Assembly: GCA_028534125.1 (NCBI GenBank)
Contig: CM052817.1
Location: 89,530,001 to 89,594,000, forward strand
Reading direction: 5' to 3'
Length of the DNA stretch: 64,000 nt
DNA from: Lama glama
Taxonomy: Eukaryota
A program made the position numbers and the translations under genes. Every line of letters begins with the position of its first letter. Position 1 is the stretch's first letter. Below the pieces are notes generated by a model that worked only from the letters and a program-made list of their open reading frames with translations, was not told the origin of the DNA and searched no databases. Shown piece by piece: positions 25,390 to 37,915 of this stretch.

Positions 25390-26216
25390 ATGAGCAATAT
25401 GAAGAAGCTGAGGAACCACTCCCAATTAAAAGATCAAGAGAAATTCCCTGAAAGCATGATCAAGTAAATAGACATTGATGGCCTACTAGATCAAGATTTC
25501 AAAAAAGGACTGATCAAAGTACTGAAGGCACTTAAAGAAATAATGTTTAGAGATATAAAATATGTCAAAAATGAAATAGAAACTATAAAGAAGAACCAAG
25601 TAGAATTAGTAAACTAATTTGCTGTTATGAGAGCTGATATAAAGGCTGTACAAAGCAGGTTAGATAATGCAGAGGAACGAATAAGTGACCTACAAGACAG
25701 GACAACAGAAAGCACCCAATCAGAACAGCTGAAAGAAAAACAAATAAAAAACAATGAAAACAATATAAGGGACCTATGGGATAATATAAAGCATGCCAAT
25801 CTATGCATAATAGGGATTCCAGAAGGGGGAGAAAGAACAAAGGGGATTGAAAAGGTATTGGAAGAAATCATGACTGAAGACTTCCCAAACCTAAAGGAAT
25901 CAGATATCCAAGTACAGGAGGCTCAGAGGGTCCCAAACAGGAAGAACCCACACAGACCCACACAAAGACATATCATAATCAAGATGGCCAGAGTCAAGGA
26001 TAAAGAAACGATCCTAAAGGCAGCAAGAGAAAAACAAAGAGTGAGTTACAAGGGAACCCCCATAAGTCTCTCAGCTGATTTCTCTACACAAACACTACAG
26101 GCCAGAAGGGAGTGGCAAGATATATTCAAAGTCCTGAATGAAAAAAAGATGCAGCCTAGGATACTCTATCCAGCAAGGCTATCCTTTACAATAGAAGGAG
26201 AGATAAAGAACTTCAC
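25390..26216 (+). pseudogene. L1 ORF1p (coiled coil, RRM, CTD) with two premature stops
   Basis: ATG at 25390 is in frame with the 25627 ORF (SRLDNAEERISDLQD...IRDLWDNIKHANLCIIGIPEG...ARREWQDIFKVL...PRILYPARLSF); in-frame TAA at 25465 and 25615; C-terminus falls in the N gap. Confidence 0.9.
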
Positions 26217-26316
26217 NNNNNNNNNNNNNNNNNNNNNNNNNNNNNNNNNNNNNNNNNNNNNNNNNNNNNNNNNNNNNNNNNNNNNNNNNNNNNNNNNNNN
26301 NNNNNNNNNNNNNNNN
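26217..26316. other. Assembly gap (100 N, probably a placeholder of unknown size)
   Basis: Run of exactly 100 n. Confidence 0.99.
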
Positions 26317-26453
26317 GAAAAGAAGCAGGATGCTACAAAAATGAGAAACTCATAACTGGAAAGGAGATAACTGCCATGAATTACAAAAAGAATAAACACA
26401 AAATTGTAAAAGAAGACATTTAAATCATTGAGTGGGAGAGGGAAGCAAGGAAA

Positions 26454-26770
26454 GCCACTGTGGAAAACAGTATGGAGATTCTTCAAAAGACTAGGAATAG
26501 ACTTACCATATGACCCAGGAATCCCGCTCCTGGGCATATATCCAGAAGAAACCCTACTTCAAAATGACACCTGCACACCAATGTTCATAGCAGCACTATC
26601 TGCAATAGCCAAGACATGGAAGCAGCCTAGATGTCCATCAACATATGACTGAATAAAGAAGATGTGGTATATTTATATGATGGAATACTACTCAGCCACA
26701 AAACTGACAACATAATGCCATTTGCAGCAACATGGATGTTCCTGGAGAATGTCATTCTAAGAGAAGTAAG
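26454..26770 (+). pseudogene. L1 ORF2p extreme C-terminal remnant
   Basis: PLWKTVWRFFKRLGIDLPYDPGIPLLGIYP...TCTPMFIAALSAIAKTWKQPRCPS, stop at 26650-26652; no endonuclease or RT sequence upstream. Confidence 0.9.
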
Positions 26771-27708
26771 CTAGAAAAAGAAAGAAAAATACCATATGAG
26801 ATCGCTCATATGAGGAATCTAAAAACAAACAAACATAAATACAAAACAGAAATAGACTCACAGACACAGAATACAAACTTGTGGTTGCCAAGGGGGTGGG
26901 GGGGTAGAAGGGACAGACTGGGATTTTAAAATGCAGACTAGATAAACTAGATAAACAAGATTATACTGTATAGCACAGGGAAAAATATACAAGATCTTGT
27001 GGTAGCTCATAGCAAAAAAAAAAATGTGACAATGAATATATACATGTTCATGTATGACTGAAAAATTGTGCTCTACACTAGAATTTGCCACAACATTGTA
27101 AAATAACTATTACTTAATAAAAAAAAATGTAAAAAAATTAATAAAATGTCAGTAAGGAGAAAAGTGAAGGTAATATAAGATATTAATTTAAAAATGCTAT
27201 TCTAAAATTTTTAATGGTACTTTTAGTAGTCCCTAAGAAGAGGGAAACAATCAGGAGAAATACAGCAGAGAAGTTTCAGATGGTACATCAGAGAAGCAGA
27301 GTTTTCCAGGACAAATACTGATAAACCAAACTTGCCTAGATATCATAAAAGCCAGGGGGTTCCCAAAGTCAGTTGGAGAGTACATGTCCCCTCTAAAGCC
27401 ATTCAAATTCATTTTTTTAAGTCAGCTATTTACCTGTTGCTTCTTGTTTTGTAGTTGGCTTTATTCCTTTGATAACTATGTATGTTTAAAAAGCTAAAGA
27501 TCAAATCTGTTCTTAGAAATAATAATTAGTATATATATGTAAACTAAAAAAATGCAGCATACTGTATATATGTATTTACATGCAATATAATATGTATTGC
27601 AGTCAAACTATAATAGATCTACCTAATAAAACTGAAAAAGGAGAAAATGCATACATACATACATAGTTACTAGCTCATTCTCAAAAATGAAACAAAAAAT
27701 TAAGTCAG

Positions 27709-27709
<1 letters not shown>

Positions 27710-27744
<35 letters not shown>
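27710..27744. repeat. (TA)n microsatellite
   Basis: Perfect TA run of about 17 units. Confidence 0.95.
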
Positions 27745-27746
<2 letters not shown>

Positions 27747-27849
27747 TCTTCCAAATCACATTCTTAAGCACATCATTTTGAGACACAAAGTAATGGATTT
27801 TCTAGGAAGAAGAGTTATCATGTGAGCAGGCCCACATTTGAGGAAACTG

Positions 27850-28345
27850 AAAGTAGTATCATGTAGTTGGGCCATAAGATTTGATGGGAAAATAAATGTC
27901 TGGAAAGGAAACATATAGACAGAGTACTGGAGCCTTCTATGCTGTGCTAAGGACCCTGAGATGTGTCTTAAAGAGAGAGTACACTGAACATGTTATACAA
28001 GGATAGCATAATTAAATTTACATGTAAAATTTTCATTCTGGGAATAATTTTGAGTATGGTTTGGAAGATACTAACTTTAAGAAAGCTGTGAAATAATCTG
28101 GCCAATATTGATGATCAGAATCACAAAAGTAACAATGGATTTGGAAAGAGAGAATGAATTCAAACATTAATAAGAGGTATCAGCCAGTTTGGGAATGATG
28201 TACGGAATGCATGTAGGATTATGTGAGTAAGATTCTAAATTGGCTATCAGATTTCTTGTTTTAGAAACTAGGTGGTTGGAATCATTCCCAGAAGATATAC
28301 GGGAGGAAGGGTCAGTGAGCAGGGATGGATGACGAGTTCAGAAAT
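27850..28345 (-). mobile_element. L2 fragment
   Basis: Purine-rich antisense L2-like motifs (gagccttctatgctgtgctaagga; gatggatgacgagttcag). Confidence 0.45.
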
Positions 28346-28849
28346 AACTAGATGTGGACTCCAAAAAATGTTTATCATGTAAAAGTTGAATTTTAACTTT
28401 TTTTTTTACCGTATTATGATGCAAAAGCAAATTGGCATTAGTGTTCCGTTTAAGCAATTTTCAGCATTAGCTTGGCACCAGCTTTTCCCATTGGCATTCT
28501 TTAAACTTGCCCTGGCTTCAGTGCCAATACTGCCAGGATGTACTTGGCAGTCACAGGATCTAGGTGTCAAATTGTGAAATGATTTTGTCCGACTTTCTTT
28601 TTAAATAAATGATTTTTGCAAGCTAACTTTACTTCCTATTTAGTAATTTAAAGTGAATTTCTGAGGAATATTTTTCATACAAGTATTTATTACTTAAATT
28701 CAGCCATTCCACTGTGTTTCTGGTGATCCTGTCCATTTCACACACTTCTGTCACACTCTCAGGTCCACCACTCAACCCACTGAAAAGTTGGCCCTTTCAA
28801 ATAGCGCCGCGTATTTAAAAAGCTGCTCTGCCACAGGCCTCAATTCAAT

Positions 28850-29291
28850 GGCCATTCGTTTTACATTGGGTTCCGTGGAAACAGGTTCTAAAACAGAAAG
28901 TTCTGTGCAGAATGCTTCCCAGGCAGTAGTCTTGGGAGACAGACCTGTCAGGAAGTGAGAAAAGCAGGACTAGATAGAGAGACTATTGTAACCCTTTGTA
29001 ACCAAGCTTCCAGCTAATCCTACATGGAGCTCTGTAGCTGGGATGACCTGCAGGGTGGTTCCAAATTTAGGCAAAGGATTAGGCCTTCGTATCGGCCCAC
29101 CAGCCAATCTCTAGTCACTGCTGGAAAGGTGAACAGCCTTGAGTGCAGTGGTTTCCTGTGACTAAGGTGATCTGCAGAGAGGAATACAGCTGTGAACAAT
29201 TAGAAATCAAGATTATATGCTCGGCAGTTGGAGGATGGGTGACTTGAAGCTGAAGAAGGGACCTGGGTGAAACACCACCAAATGCACTATC
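28850..29291 (-). mobile_element. LTR16-like ERVL solo LTR
   Basis: gggttccgtggaaacaggttctaaaacagaaagttctgtgcag...cagctaatcctacatggagctctgtagctgggatgacc...acaccaccaaatgcactat. Confidence 0.7.
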
Positions 29292-29899
29292 CTATCATTC
29301 ATCTTATTCCTGTGCCTACATGTCTTCCAGGAACCTAATTCCCATTCCTCAAATTCTCATTGTCCAGTTGGAACTTGCTGGTCCAAGTATATCTTTACCT
29401 TCACCTGTGTAGTCTATAAATTAGATTACTTTCTATTCATTTTTTGGCTTCTAGGTTTTTGTTTTTTCCTTCTTCTTTCTCTGTTTTCCATTTTTCTTTG
29501 AGACACTGACAGAATATTGACCAGATCTAAATAGAACGTGGTACGGAATTACACATAATGTTAAACATGAACACTCACTGATCTTCAAAGAATTATGTAG
29601 TACTAGGATATAAAAATTTGAACAAAATGTATACAAATATAAGCCTGAGAAAAACTTAAATATGTAATATATATGAATGTTAATCCCAGTCACTGGAACA
29701 AAAATCTCTTTCCTTTCTTCAATGTCTTTTCTAAATTGACCCAAAATACTAAACTAAGTACAGTTAGATCACCCATTAACTAGTTAGAACTATTTTTGTG
29801 TTCTTTTTATTGTATAATAATGAAAATGTTAATAATCAATATACTATACAAGGTATAACAAAATACCAAAATCAAGAATAGTTTATTGATAGTTTTAAG

Positions 29900-31650
29900 T
29901 GAATAATACCTATTCTTTCCCTGATACTAGAGGGAAAGCACATCATTCAACATTAAGCATCATACATACTAGCTGTAAGGTTTTCATAGGTGCACTTTAT
30001 TTCTTTTTAAGATATTTGGTAGAATTCATCATTCAATGTACCTAGACTTGGAATTTTCTTTGTGGGAACATTTTAAGCTAATAATCTAATTTAAAGAATA
30101 GATCTAGAGCTATTCATAATGTCTGTTTCTTCTTGGATGAACTTTGGTAGTGCCTTTCAATGAGTTTTTCTATTTCATCTAACATCAAATCTGTTAGCAC
30201 AAGTTATTTATAATAATCATTTCTCATACTTTAAATGAATGTAGGATTTGTAGTGATATTTCTGCTTTCATTACTAATATCAGAAATTTGCATTTTCTCT
30301 TTTTTGTTATTCAGATAAGCTATTCCTATTCCTAGTGCAGTTTCTTTCCTGATTTTTTTCTGCTTCAAATTTGTTGAGCTTCTTGAATCTGTGAGTATGT
30401 ACTTGTCATCAAGTTTGACAAAAAATGTCATTATTTAATTTTTTTCCTGTCTCTTCAACTTTTGGTACTCAAATTACATTAATGTTGGATTCACTGATAA
30501 TACTTCACAGAAAATATGAAATTCTGTTTACTTTGTTAGTCTTTTTTCTCTTTGCATCTTCACTAATCTTATCTTGTGAAGTGTCCAATCTGCTCTTAAT
30601 CAAATTTGGTGTATTTTTCATTTCAGTTCACATGTTTTTTTTAAGTCTCTAGTAGTTTGATTGACTGATTTTTTTTACATCCGCTGTATCTTTATTCATC
30701 ATATAGTCTTGAACATATGCAGTGAAATTACCATAGCTATCATCTTAGTCATGATTTTTTCTGTTTCTATTGATTGATTTTTCTCCTAGTTTTTGGTTAT
30801 TTTCTTGCCTCTTTGTATGCTTGTTAATTTTTCAATTGTTGATTACAATTTACTGCTCCCTTTAGATCCAGCAATTTTTTTCTTATATGTTAGATGCTAT
30901 GGATGATAATGGCAGTGAAACTGAAACACTTTTAAAGGTGTTTAGGTTTGTTTGTGCTAGTAGGCAGTTAAAGTACTGACACATTATTTCCAGGCTCCCA
31001 GGCTTGGTTTTATTCTTTGTTAGAATACAGCTATTTTAGTTTTTCCCTTAATCCCAGGATATACTTCATATTCAAAGACAATTTTTTTTTCTCCCAAGCT
31101 TGAAGAGTCTACAGTCTCAACTAAATGTATGATTTTGAGGAGGACTCTATCATCTGACTGGGCTAGAACCCCAACGTCTTTCAACACTTCACAGTTTCTG
31201 GTATTTTTCTCAGCTCTTGGTCCCCTTGCAGCAGTGACTCTCTACTAACCTCGTAGTAATCTCTTCTGCACATGTGCAGATTGTCCCTCAGTCATGGAAA
31301 CATGGAGAATGCCCTGCAGATTTCTGAGACTTCCCTCTCCACACTCTCTTGTCTCTACTACCTGCCCTACTAATTTCAGCCACGTTAGCTGCCCTCAACT
31401 CCAGTGCTCCTCCTCAGCTCAGTGAAGCTGCGGTACTCCGGCCTTCAACTTACTGCACTGTGGTGAGAGAAGGTCTCCCTAGACAGAAAGCCTGAGTGCA
31501 TGTGGGGTACACCTTGTTTGTTCTCCTTTTCTCAAAATCATGATCAATCACGACCTGTGTTCCAAAGCCTGGAAACATTTGCCTTATATCTTTTTTGAAA
31601 TTTAATATTGTTTAAACTGAAATAGCAAGTTTGGTTCCATTTAACATACA
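29900..31650 (-). mobile_element. Old L1 (L1M-type), rearranged ORF2/ORF1/5' remnants
   Basis: Antisense L1 motifs (gatatttggtagaattcatc, ttttctttgtgggaacattttaa, tttgttgagcttcttgaatctgtgag). Confidence 0.65.
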
Positions 31651-34600
31651 ATGGCTATAAGAGAAATTTTTAATTCTTCAGTTTTAAATAAAAATTTCTA
31701 TCTTTATGTCTTTGAAAATAAACTGATAGAAATATATGGCATCAATTGTTACTATCATAAATAATGTAAATTAAATATATTTATATTTATTAGATACTCT
31801 AATAATCTGCTACCAACAAAATTAACCCAATGATGACTTTCCTTTTTCTAATATATTGCAATGAACTGGTATACTTTAATCATTTTAAAGTGAATACATG
31901 AATCTAACTGCAACTATATTTTTACATGTGAAAGGTAAAACATTTGTACTTTTTAGTACTAGGCCAACTGGCAAATCATTTTTATATCATAGTGACTGTT
32001 TCCTAGGTTCTTCCTACTATTTTAACCAACAATGAGTCAAGGTATATTCCTGCATTTACACACTAGTATGTAAGAATCATTACTACAGGTGGAGAAACTC
32101 AGAGACAAGGATAATTATTTTATATGATCACAAAGAGAAACAACAGTATTAGAATAACCATTACTTACAAAAGAACATTAAGTGTGCTAACACAGTGCTC
32201 TTTTTTCCTTAATATAATTTTAGGGCAGGCACTACATTTCTCAGTATATTCCCAAAACTAAGTGGCAGTCTGATAAGAGTTGCATTAAAGCAAACTTCAC
32301 GTAACGATGACAAGATCCCTTCCATTTCCTTTGCCCTAGTTTGACATAAGTTGCAATTTGTGCGATGTCACCAACCATCAGTCAATCACCCATGCAACAC
32401 CAAATAAAGAGATGAAATGGCTAAGTAAATATATCTTTTAAAAATACAGGGAAAAAAAGAAATAAAATCAGCAACTAGGCTGCACACTGAGAAGACATGG
32501 CCCAAATACACTTATTTTAAACATTTGTATTTTAAGGACATGAAGCCTGTAAAGCATTGCCTATTTTCCCTGCATAATACATTAACTATTTAAATCCCAG
32601 AGCAGTTTTAACATACCACAGTCTCAATTAATTTTGTTTCCTAAGAGGACCTGGAAGAGTTCTTTCACACTCGAATAGTTCTTATCTTATTGGTAGGCCT
32701 TGGATAGCTATGCTATAAATATTACTGGTTTAATAATATTTTATTTTTCTCAATCAATATCTTCATTATCAAAACAAGTCAATCTAGATGAGATGAGGAT
32801 AATGATAAGAGCAGTGGTTTAAAAATTCATATTTTTGTGCAAGTACTATATCCCCAAAACACTTGCAAGAAATGCAACTTAAAATTTCCAAAAGGAAGAA
32901 TTTACTATAATCTATAAAGCACCTTCTTAGTTTCTAGAATTTCTTGGGTATCTGCTATAAAATTAAGACTATTATGAGAAAACAATTTAAAAATAAAATG
33001 AATGACTCTGTTTTAAATGTCTTCTAAGTGACAGCAGATAGACTTAACAGAAGTAATAATTTCTGTACAGATGCAAGAAGATACAGGTTGGCATAAGGAG
33101 ATGAGAAAGGATCAGTAAAAGATGAAAGCAGTAGATGGGCTGAATGAGGACATAATGATACTGCATCAAACCATATCCACTAAGAGCCATACTAACATTT
33201 AGAGAGGGAGAATTATAAGTTAACATCACACAAGCACTGTGGTTTTGTACGTGTGTGCGTGTGTGTGTGTATAAAACTTGTAGTTTTATGTATATATATA
33301 ACTTACAGTTTCATTAATCTTTAAGTTTAAATTTCAAATACATAGAATTTTACTAGTTAGTATGTTTTAATTATTTTCTTACCAAATCCTTTCTATTAGC
33401 TTTATATTTGATGTTAAAATTTATCTACTTAGTATATTTGAAAACATAGGTGCCTATGCCTGATGAATCCACAGAAAATTGCAATCCAGTACCGGTGGCC
33501 AAAGGGAGCAGAATGAAGAACACCATGCCTTACAGGCTGGTTCCTTTTATACCCAGGAAGCCCAAGATAGATCCTTATAACATGCAGATATCAACTTGTG
33601 AGACAGTGTCCTGCGAGGCACACAAGTATATATGTTCTCACATCAAAAATGATTTAGAAAGAGAAGATGTTTTAAAACAATTTTAACAAGAAATAAATTT
33701 AACTTTCTCATTTTAATGGCATTTAAAAGTACTGTAATGACATGAAAGTAATGCAACGATACAAGCGTATATTCTGTTCCTTTTTAATTTTCTCAAGACC
33801 TTTTTAAGCCCCTGTTTCTTCATTTATTTTTCTTAAAAAAAGTCTTACTTTAACCAAATAATACAGATATTAACAAAGAAATGTAATCATTTCCATACTT
33901 AGACTTTTGTATTCTGAATATTACATGGAAAGATAATGACAAAGGGTCTTGATTTTAGGAAAAAAATAGAAAAAGTGAATCATTTTTATCTTGGAATTAT
34001 TTTTGACAAGCAATATAAAAGTGTATATGTATTTGGATTCAAATATGAAACATATCAAAAAGATGTAACCTGATTTCAGGTCCTTGCTTGCTAGTTACAA
34101 GGAATTAAAAAGGGAGTAAAACTAGCAACTACAAATCACTTTCTCAAAATGTACTGAGATAGTGTCTAGTAGTTTCACATTTCTCTCATAAATGTTTATC
34201 AAAATCACTGTAAAGAAGCCCTTTAAATCTCATGCCTTGATGAAAATGGTTTCATTCTCTTATATATTATTAAAAACAAAAAGAGGAGAAATAAAAAAGC
34301 AAAGAAAGACTAAATAAATGAAAAAATTTTCTACAGAAGTTTATAACTATCATATATATTAAAATAATGTGTGAATTGTTATAGTATTTGATTTGTTGTT
34401 CACTTTTTATACACCTTAAAAAGCTTTAAAAACGAAAAAAAGTGGAACATTTATTATCCATTTAATGAACATTTACCAAATAATATCTGATGCCAGCCAC
34501 TATCTTAGCTACTTGAACTGCCAAAATGGCAAAAAGCCACAGTTTCATTACCCAAGGAGCTCACAGCTGGCTGGCAGAAGACAGAAACACAAGTCAGTCA

Positions 34601-36619
34601 CAGTATAAAAGAGGAAAATGGTACATGAGTGTGAATGGAATACAATACAGCAGGATGGTAGAACATGCTTTGAAACATGATATGAAAATAATCATTTCTT
34701 CAGTAAATTTTATATCTAGATTTGTTTAGGATTATAATGTCCGATAATAATTTTAATGTGGAAGAGTCACAATTGACTTTATTTTAAAGTTCCTAATCTG
34801 AGAAAAGATAATTGTCTTTATTTCATGAGGAAAATTGGTAATATTCAGGCCAGGGGCTATATTTTAAGTTTTTAGCAAACCTTAGTGTGTTCTCTGCATG
34901 ACTGCTGTCATGCAGAGTCCTAGTGCCGTTTAAGCTTTGTGCCCAGGAAACACTTAATTGGCATAGCTGGAACCGAAGGAGTCTACCATGGATATACATT
35001 TTATGTTTAGAGGTGTTACAGATTGTGATGTCTAAAATCAGAGGTGTCAAATACATGTGTATGCTATTGTTGTACAAACAAAACTACAGGTGGCTTATTG
35101 GCTTACTTTCCTCATCATATGGTTAATTTACCCAGACCTTTTCTCTAAAACATTTAAAGTGACAATATGCCATATGATCATTCACATAGTAAATACCACT
35201 ACAAAAACTCTGTAATGCAAACATTTTTTGTGAATTCATCTTTCAAATTTTATATAAAAATGGAAATTTTTGATATAAGCATTTTTACAGTTTGCATCAT
35301 ATTTCTTCTACATCTCTGGACACTGGCTAGTGGCTACTTGCATTCTTATATAAAGCGTCCAGATCTCATTTCAAGGCAAGAACAAAGATTTTACAGATTT
35401 TGAAAACTTTCATTTCTTATTCCATGATACTGTTTTCTGAAGGAGCTGTCCATGTCTGCATATAGATGTTAAACTGCTGTCATCTCATGATTCACATTGT
35501 CATCTTCCTTACTATTTTTAAGAAAAATAGGTCATAGTGAACATAGCATGATTTAAATGAGGAAATACACATTTTGCTTTATTTAATTTTATTTTTGTGA
35601 TGAGAGTTCCATTTTATCAGTTCTTTGTTGGGGATAACATCATAAACAAGCCCATTACTGGAGCAATTAATGTGTTCATAGGTAGTTTGTGGAATATAAA
35701 GTTTCATCCTTTCATAATAAAAAATTCATATTTTAAATGAATAAGGGCAGTATGAGCTTAATGTAAACTGATCTGGCTTGTTTAATGTATTTTTCTCGCT
35801 ATAGATTATAGCATTCTATACTTCACAGAATCTTGAATAACCCCAAAGCAAAGGATCTACTTACTGTCTATGTTTTTCAAAAGAAGGTGTTTTATGTAAT
35901 AAAATTCTCCCTACAAACTGAATGTGAGAATCCTGGATCAATATTCACTTAACAGGGAAAATGCCACACATATCATTAGCATTATCTCTTCTGACATCAC
36001 GTCACTGATTTGTAGCCTAGCTGAGGTGGTTTATAGTCACAAAGCCACAAGGTACCAATGATATGTGATTATTCATGAAAAGAAGCCTTTTTACTACCAA
36101 GGAACACTCTAATCATATAAGTGTGGGCACACAAAAACTGTAGACTTGCTCATCTCAGGCTGGATAGCACATTAACATATTTGTCAAGGTAAATACTGTG
36201 ACTCAAGATTTAAAATAAACCCTGTATTTTATTATTCTGTATCTAAACTTGAGATTATTAGAACTCTAAGATCAGTCTTCATTAGTTTGACCTCATGTAT
36301 TTTATTATATAATCATTAAAATAAGGGAAGAAAAGGAAGAAGAAAGTAGAATAAGAAGAAGAAGAAAAATCACTGAGTATCTGGAGAGCATAATATGCTA
36401 TTAATGTTTTCATTTATTTTTACTTGCAATACTCATCAATTACTAGCAAAGATGTAAGAACACACCAAAACAAGGCTTATAATACTTTGTATGAATTACA
36501 AATAATTAAGAAAATAAGCTTTAAGCTAATTAGACCTTAAAAAGTAGCAATCTCTTTTGTTTACAGCTTCCTTCTAAAGACCCCACGGGCTTTATTTAAA
36601 AGAGTAAAATCTAACATTC

Positions 36620-36760
36620 AGTTTGTTGAATAATTACTATTTGCCAGGGACTATTCTAGGTATTAGAGATACAGAAGAAAACAAGAGAGCCAAAATCTGG
36701 GGCTTCTTGAGGCTTATAGTCTAGTAGGATGACAATAAATCAACTAATAAGCAAAATATA
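36620..36760 (-). mobile_element. L2 3' end fragment
   Basis: cattcagtttgttgaataattactatttgccagggactattctaggtattagagatacag...gaggcttatagtctagtagg. Confidence 0.6.
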
Positions 36761-37897
36761 TTGTTTGCCTATTTTGATAATAGCATAGTCCTTTGGTTGC
36801 TGGAAACAAAATATTCTCAGATTTAAGGTAGCCAAATGAACTACTAAATAAAGAGATTATGGATAGGAAAAATGACAAGGGGGCAGTTGTAACTTTATAA
36901 AATGATCACTTATTTTCACATAATGGTGATATTTGTGCCAAAATTGAAAGAAACAATCCTTGAAAATATCTGAAACCAGACTGTTTTAGTAAATTCAAAA
37001 GATTGGGCCTGACCTGGAATATGTTCCACAGTGTCTAGAACAGCTTGGAGACTGTGTGCTGGGAGTGAAATGAGCACCAGAGGGAGCAGCACCAGGGAGT
37101 CCAAAGAGGTTAGAGGGACAGTTTGTAAGGGTCCTTGCCCACTGTAACAACTTTGGCTTTAAGCTTAGAGAGATATCTTCTAAAGAACAATTATAACAAT
37201 TCTGAAAAATTGGAGACAAGTGGTTACTAAGGTGACATCTCCTCATTTAAAATTGTCATATCAACTGGCATTGACTAGTCACCTAATCTGATGTTTTTTT
37301 TATTGGTTTCAGAATGTCAATGGTCAGGAAAAAATACAGCTGTTCACCAATGGTCTTTCCATACAGTTTAACATAAACTTACCAAATAAACAAAGAGAGA
37401 GAGATTTCACTATAAAATATAAACAAAATAAAATATGGGTAGTTGTCAATACTCTCTAGTTCAGATTTCAACATTTGTGCAAAAAAAAAGTTCCAGGTAA
37501 GTTTTTATTGAGATGATGAACTGATTTCTGAAACTACCTGACATTGATCTTGGACACATCACTTTATCTTTCTAGGACTCTATGTTTTTTCAATGTGTAA
37601 AATGATAAGGGTGAGGTAGTGAATTTAGAAGTGTCCCTTTATTGGTCTACACTGTTATGATTTAAAAATGAAAATTATGTTGTAAATACAGCTTATATAT
37701 CACAGAATCTATCTGAAAAGGCAGTTGCTAATCTTCTGTAAAACTAATACCTAAATATTATATGCCTATGCATAAATATCGTATGGAAAAAAAGAAATAC
37801 ATGAAGCATACAGAAAAACTTTTTTTTTTAAATCACCATAAAGTTCTTTTGATTACTTAAAATTTCAGAACATTTCTTCCAAGCAACCAAAGAGCTA

Positions 37898-37915
37898 TGC
37901 TGCCACCTTCTGGTT
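37898..37915 (-). promoter_or_regulatory. Candidate CTCF binding motif
   Basis: Minus strand aaccagaaggtggcagca matches the CTCF core CCAGNAGRKGGCRSY; lies in unique sequence. Confidence 0.5.

Larger units (their letters stand above)
24055..27142 (+). mobile_element. Relatively young L1 with complete 5' and 3' ends but ORF2 internally deleted
   Basis: TSD (t)aaaatgtcagtaagg at 24039/24040-24054 and 27142/27143-27157; ttt|aaaa endonuclease site; ~1.3 kb GC-rich 5'UTR; ORF1; ORF2 C-terminal piece; G-rich tract ~26892-26912; AATAAA and A-rich tail at ~27116-27142. Confidence 0.93.

Noticed and set aside
24024..25397. Many overlapping ORFs (up to 206 aa) in the L1 5'UTR, including ORF0-like antisense candidates
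   Set aside because: Expected in GC-rich, stop-poor sequence; the longest runs out of the element into flank, several use non-ATG starts, and none has recognisable homology
26217..26316. Idea that the missing ORF2 is hidden in the N gap
   Set aside because: Sequence right of the gap looks like the post-ORF1 spacer and joins the ORF2 C-terminus at ~26453 in called bases; a mis-join remains possible and is noted in the finding
25627..26355. 242-aa ORF as an intact host gene
   Set aside because: It is L1 ORF1 downstream of two premature stops, and it reads through the N gap artificially
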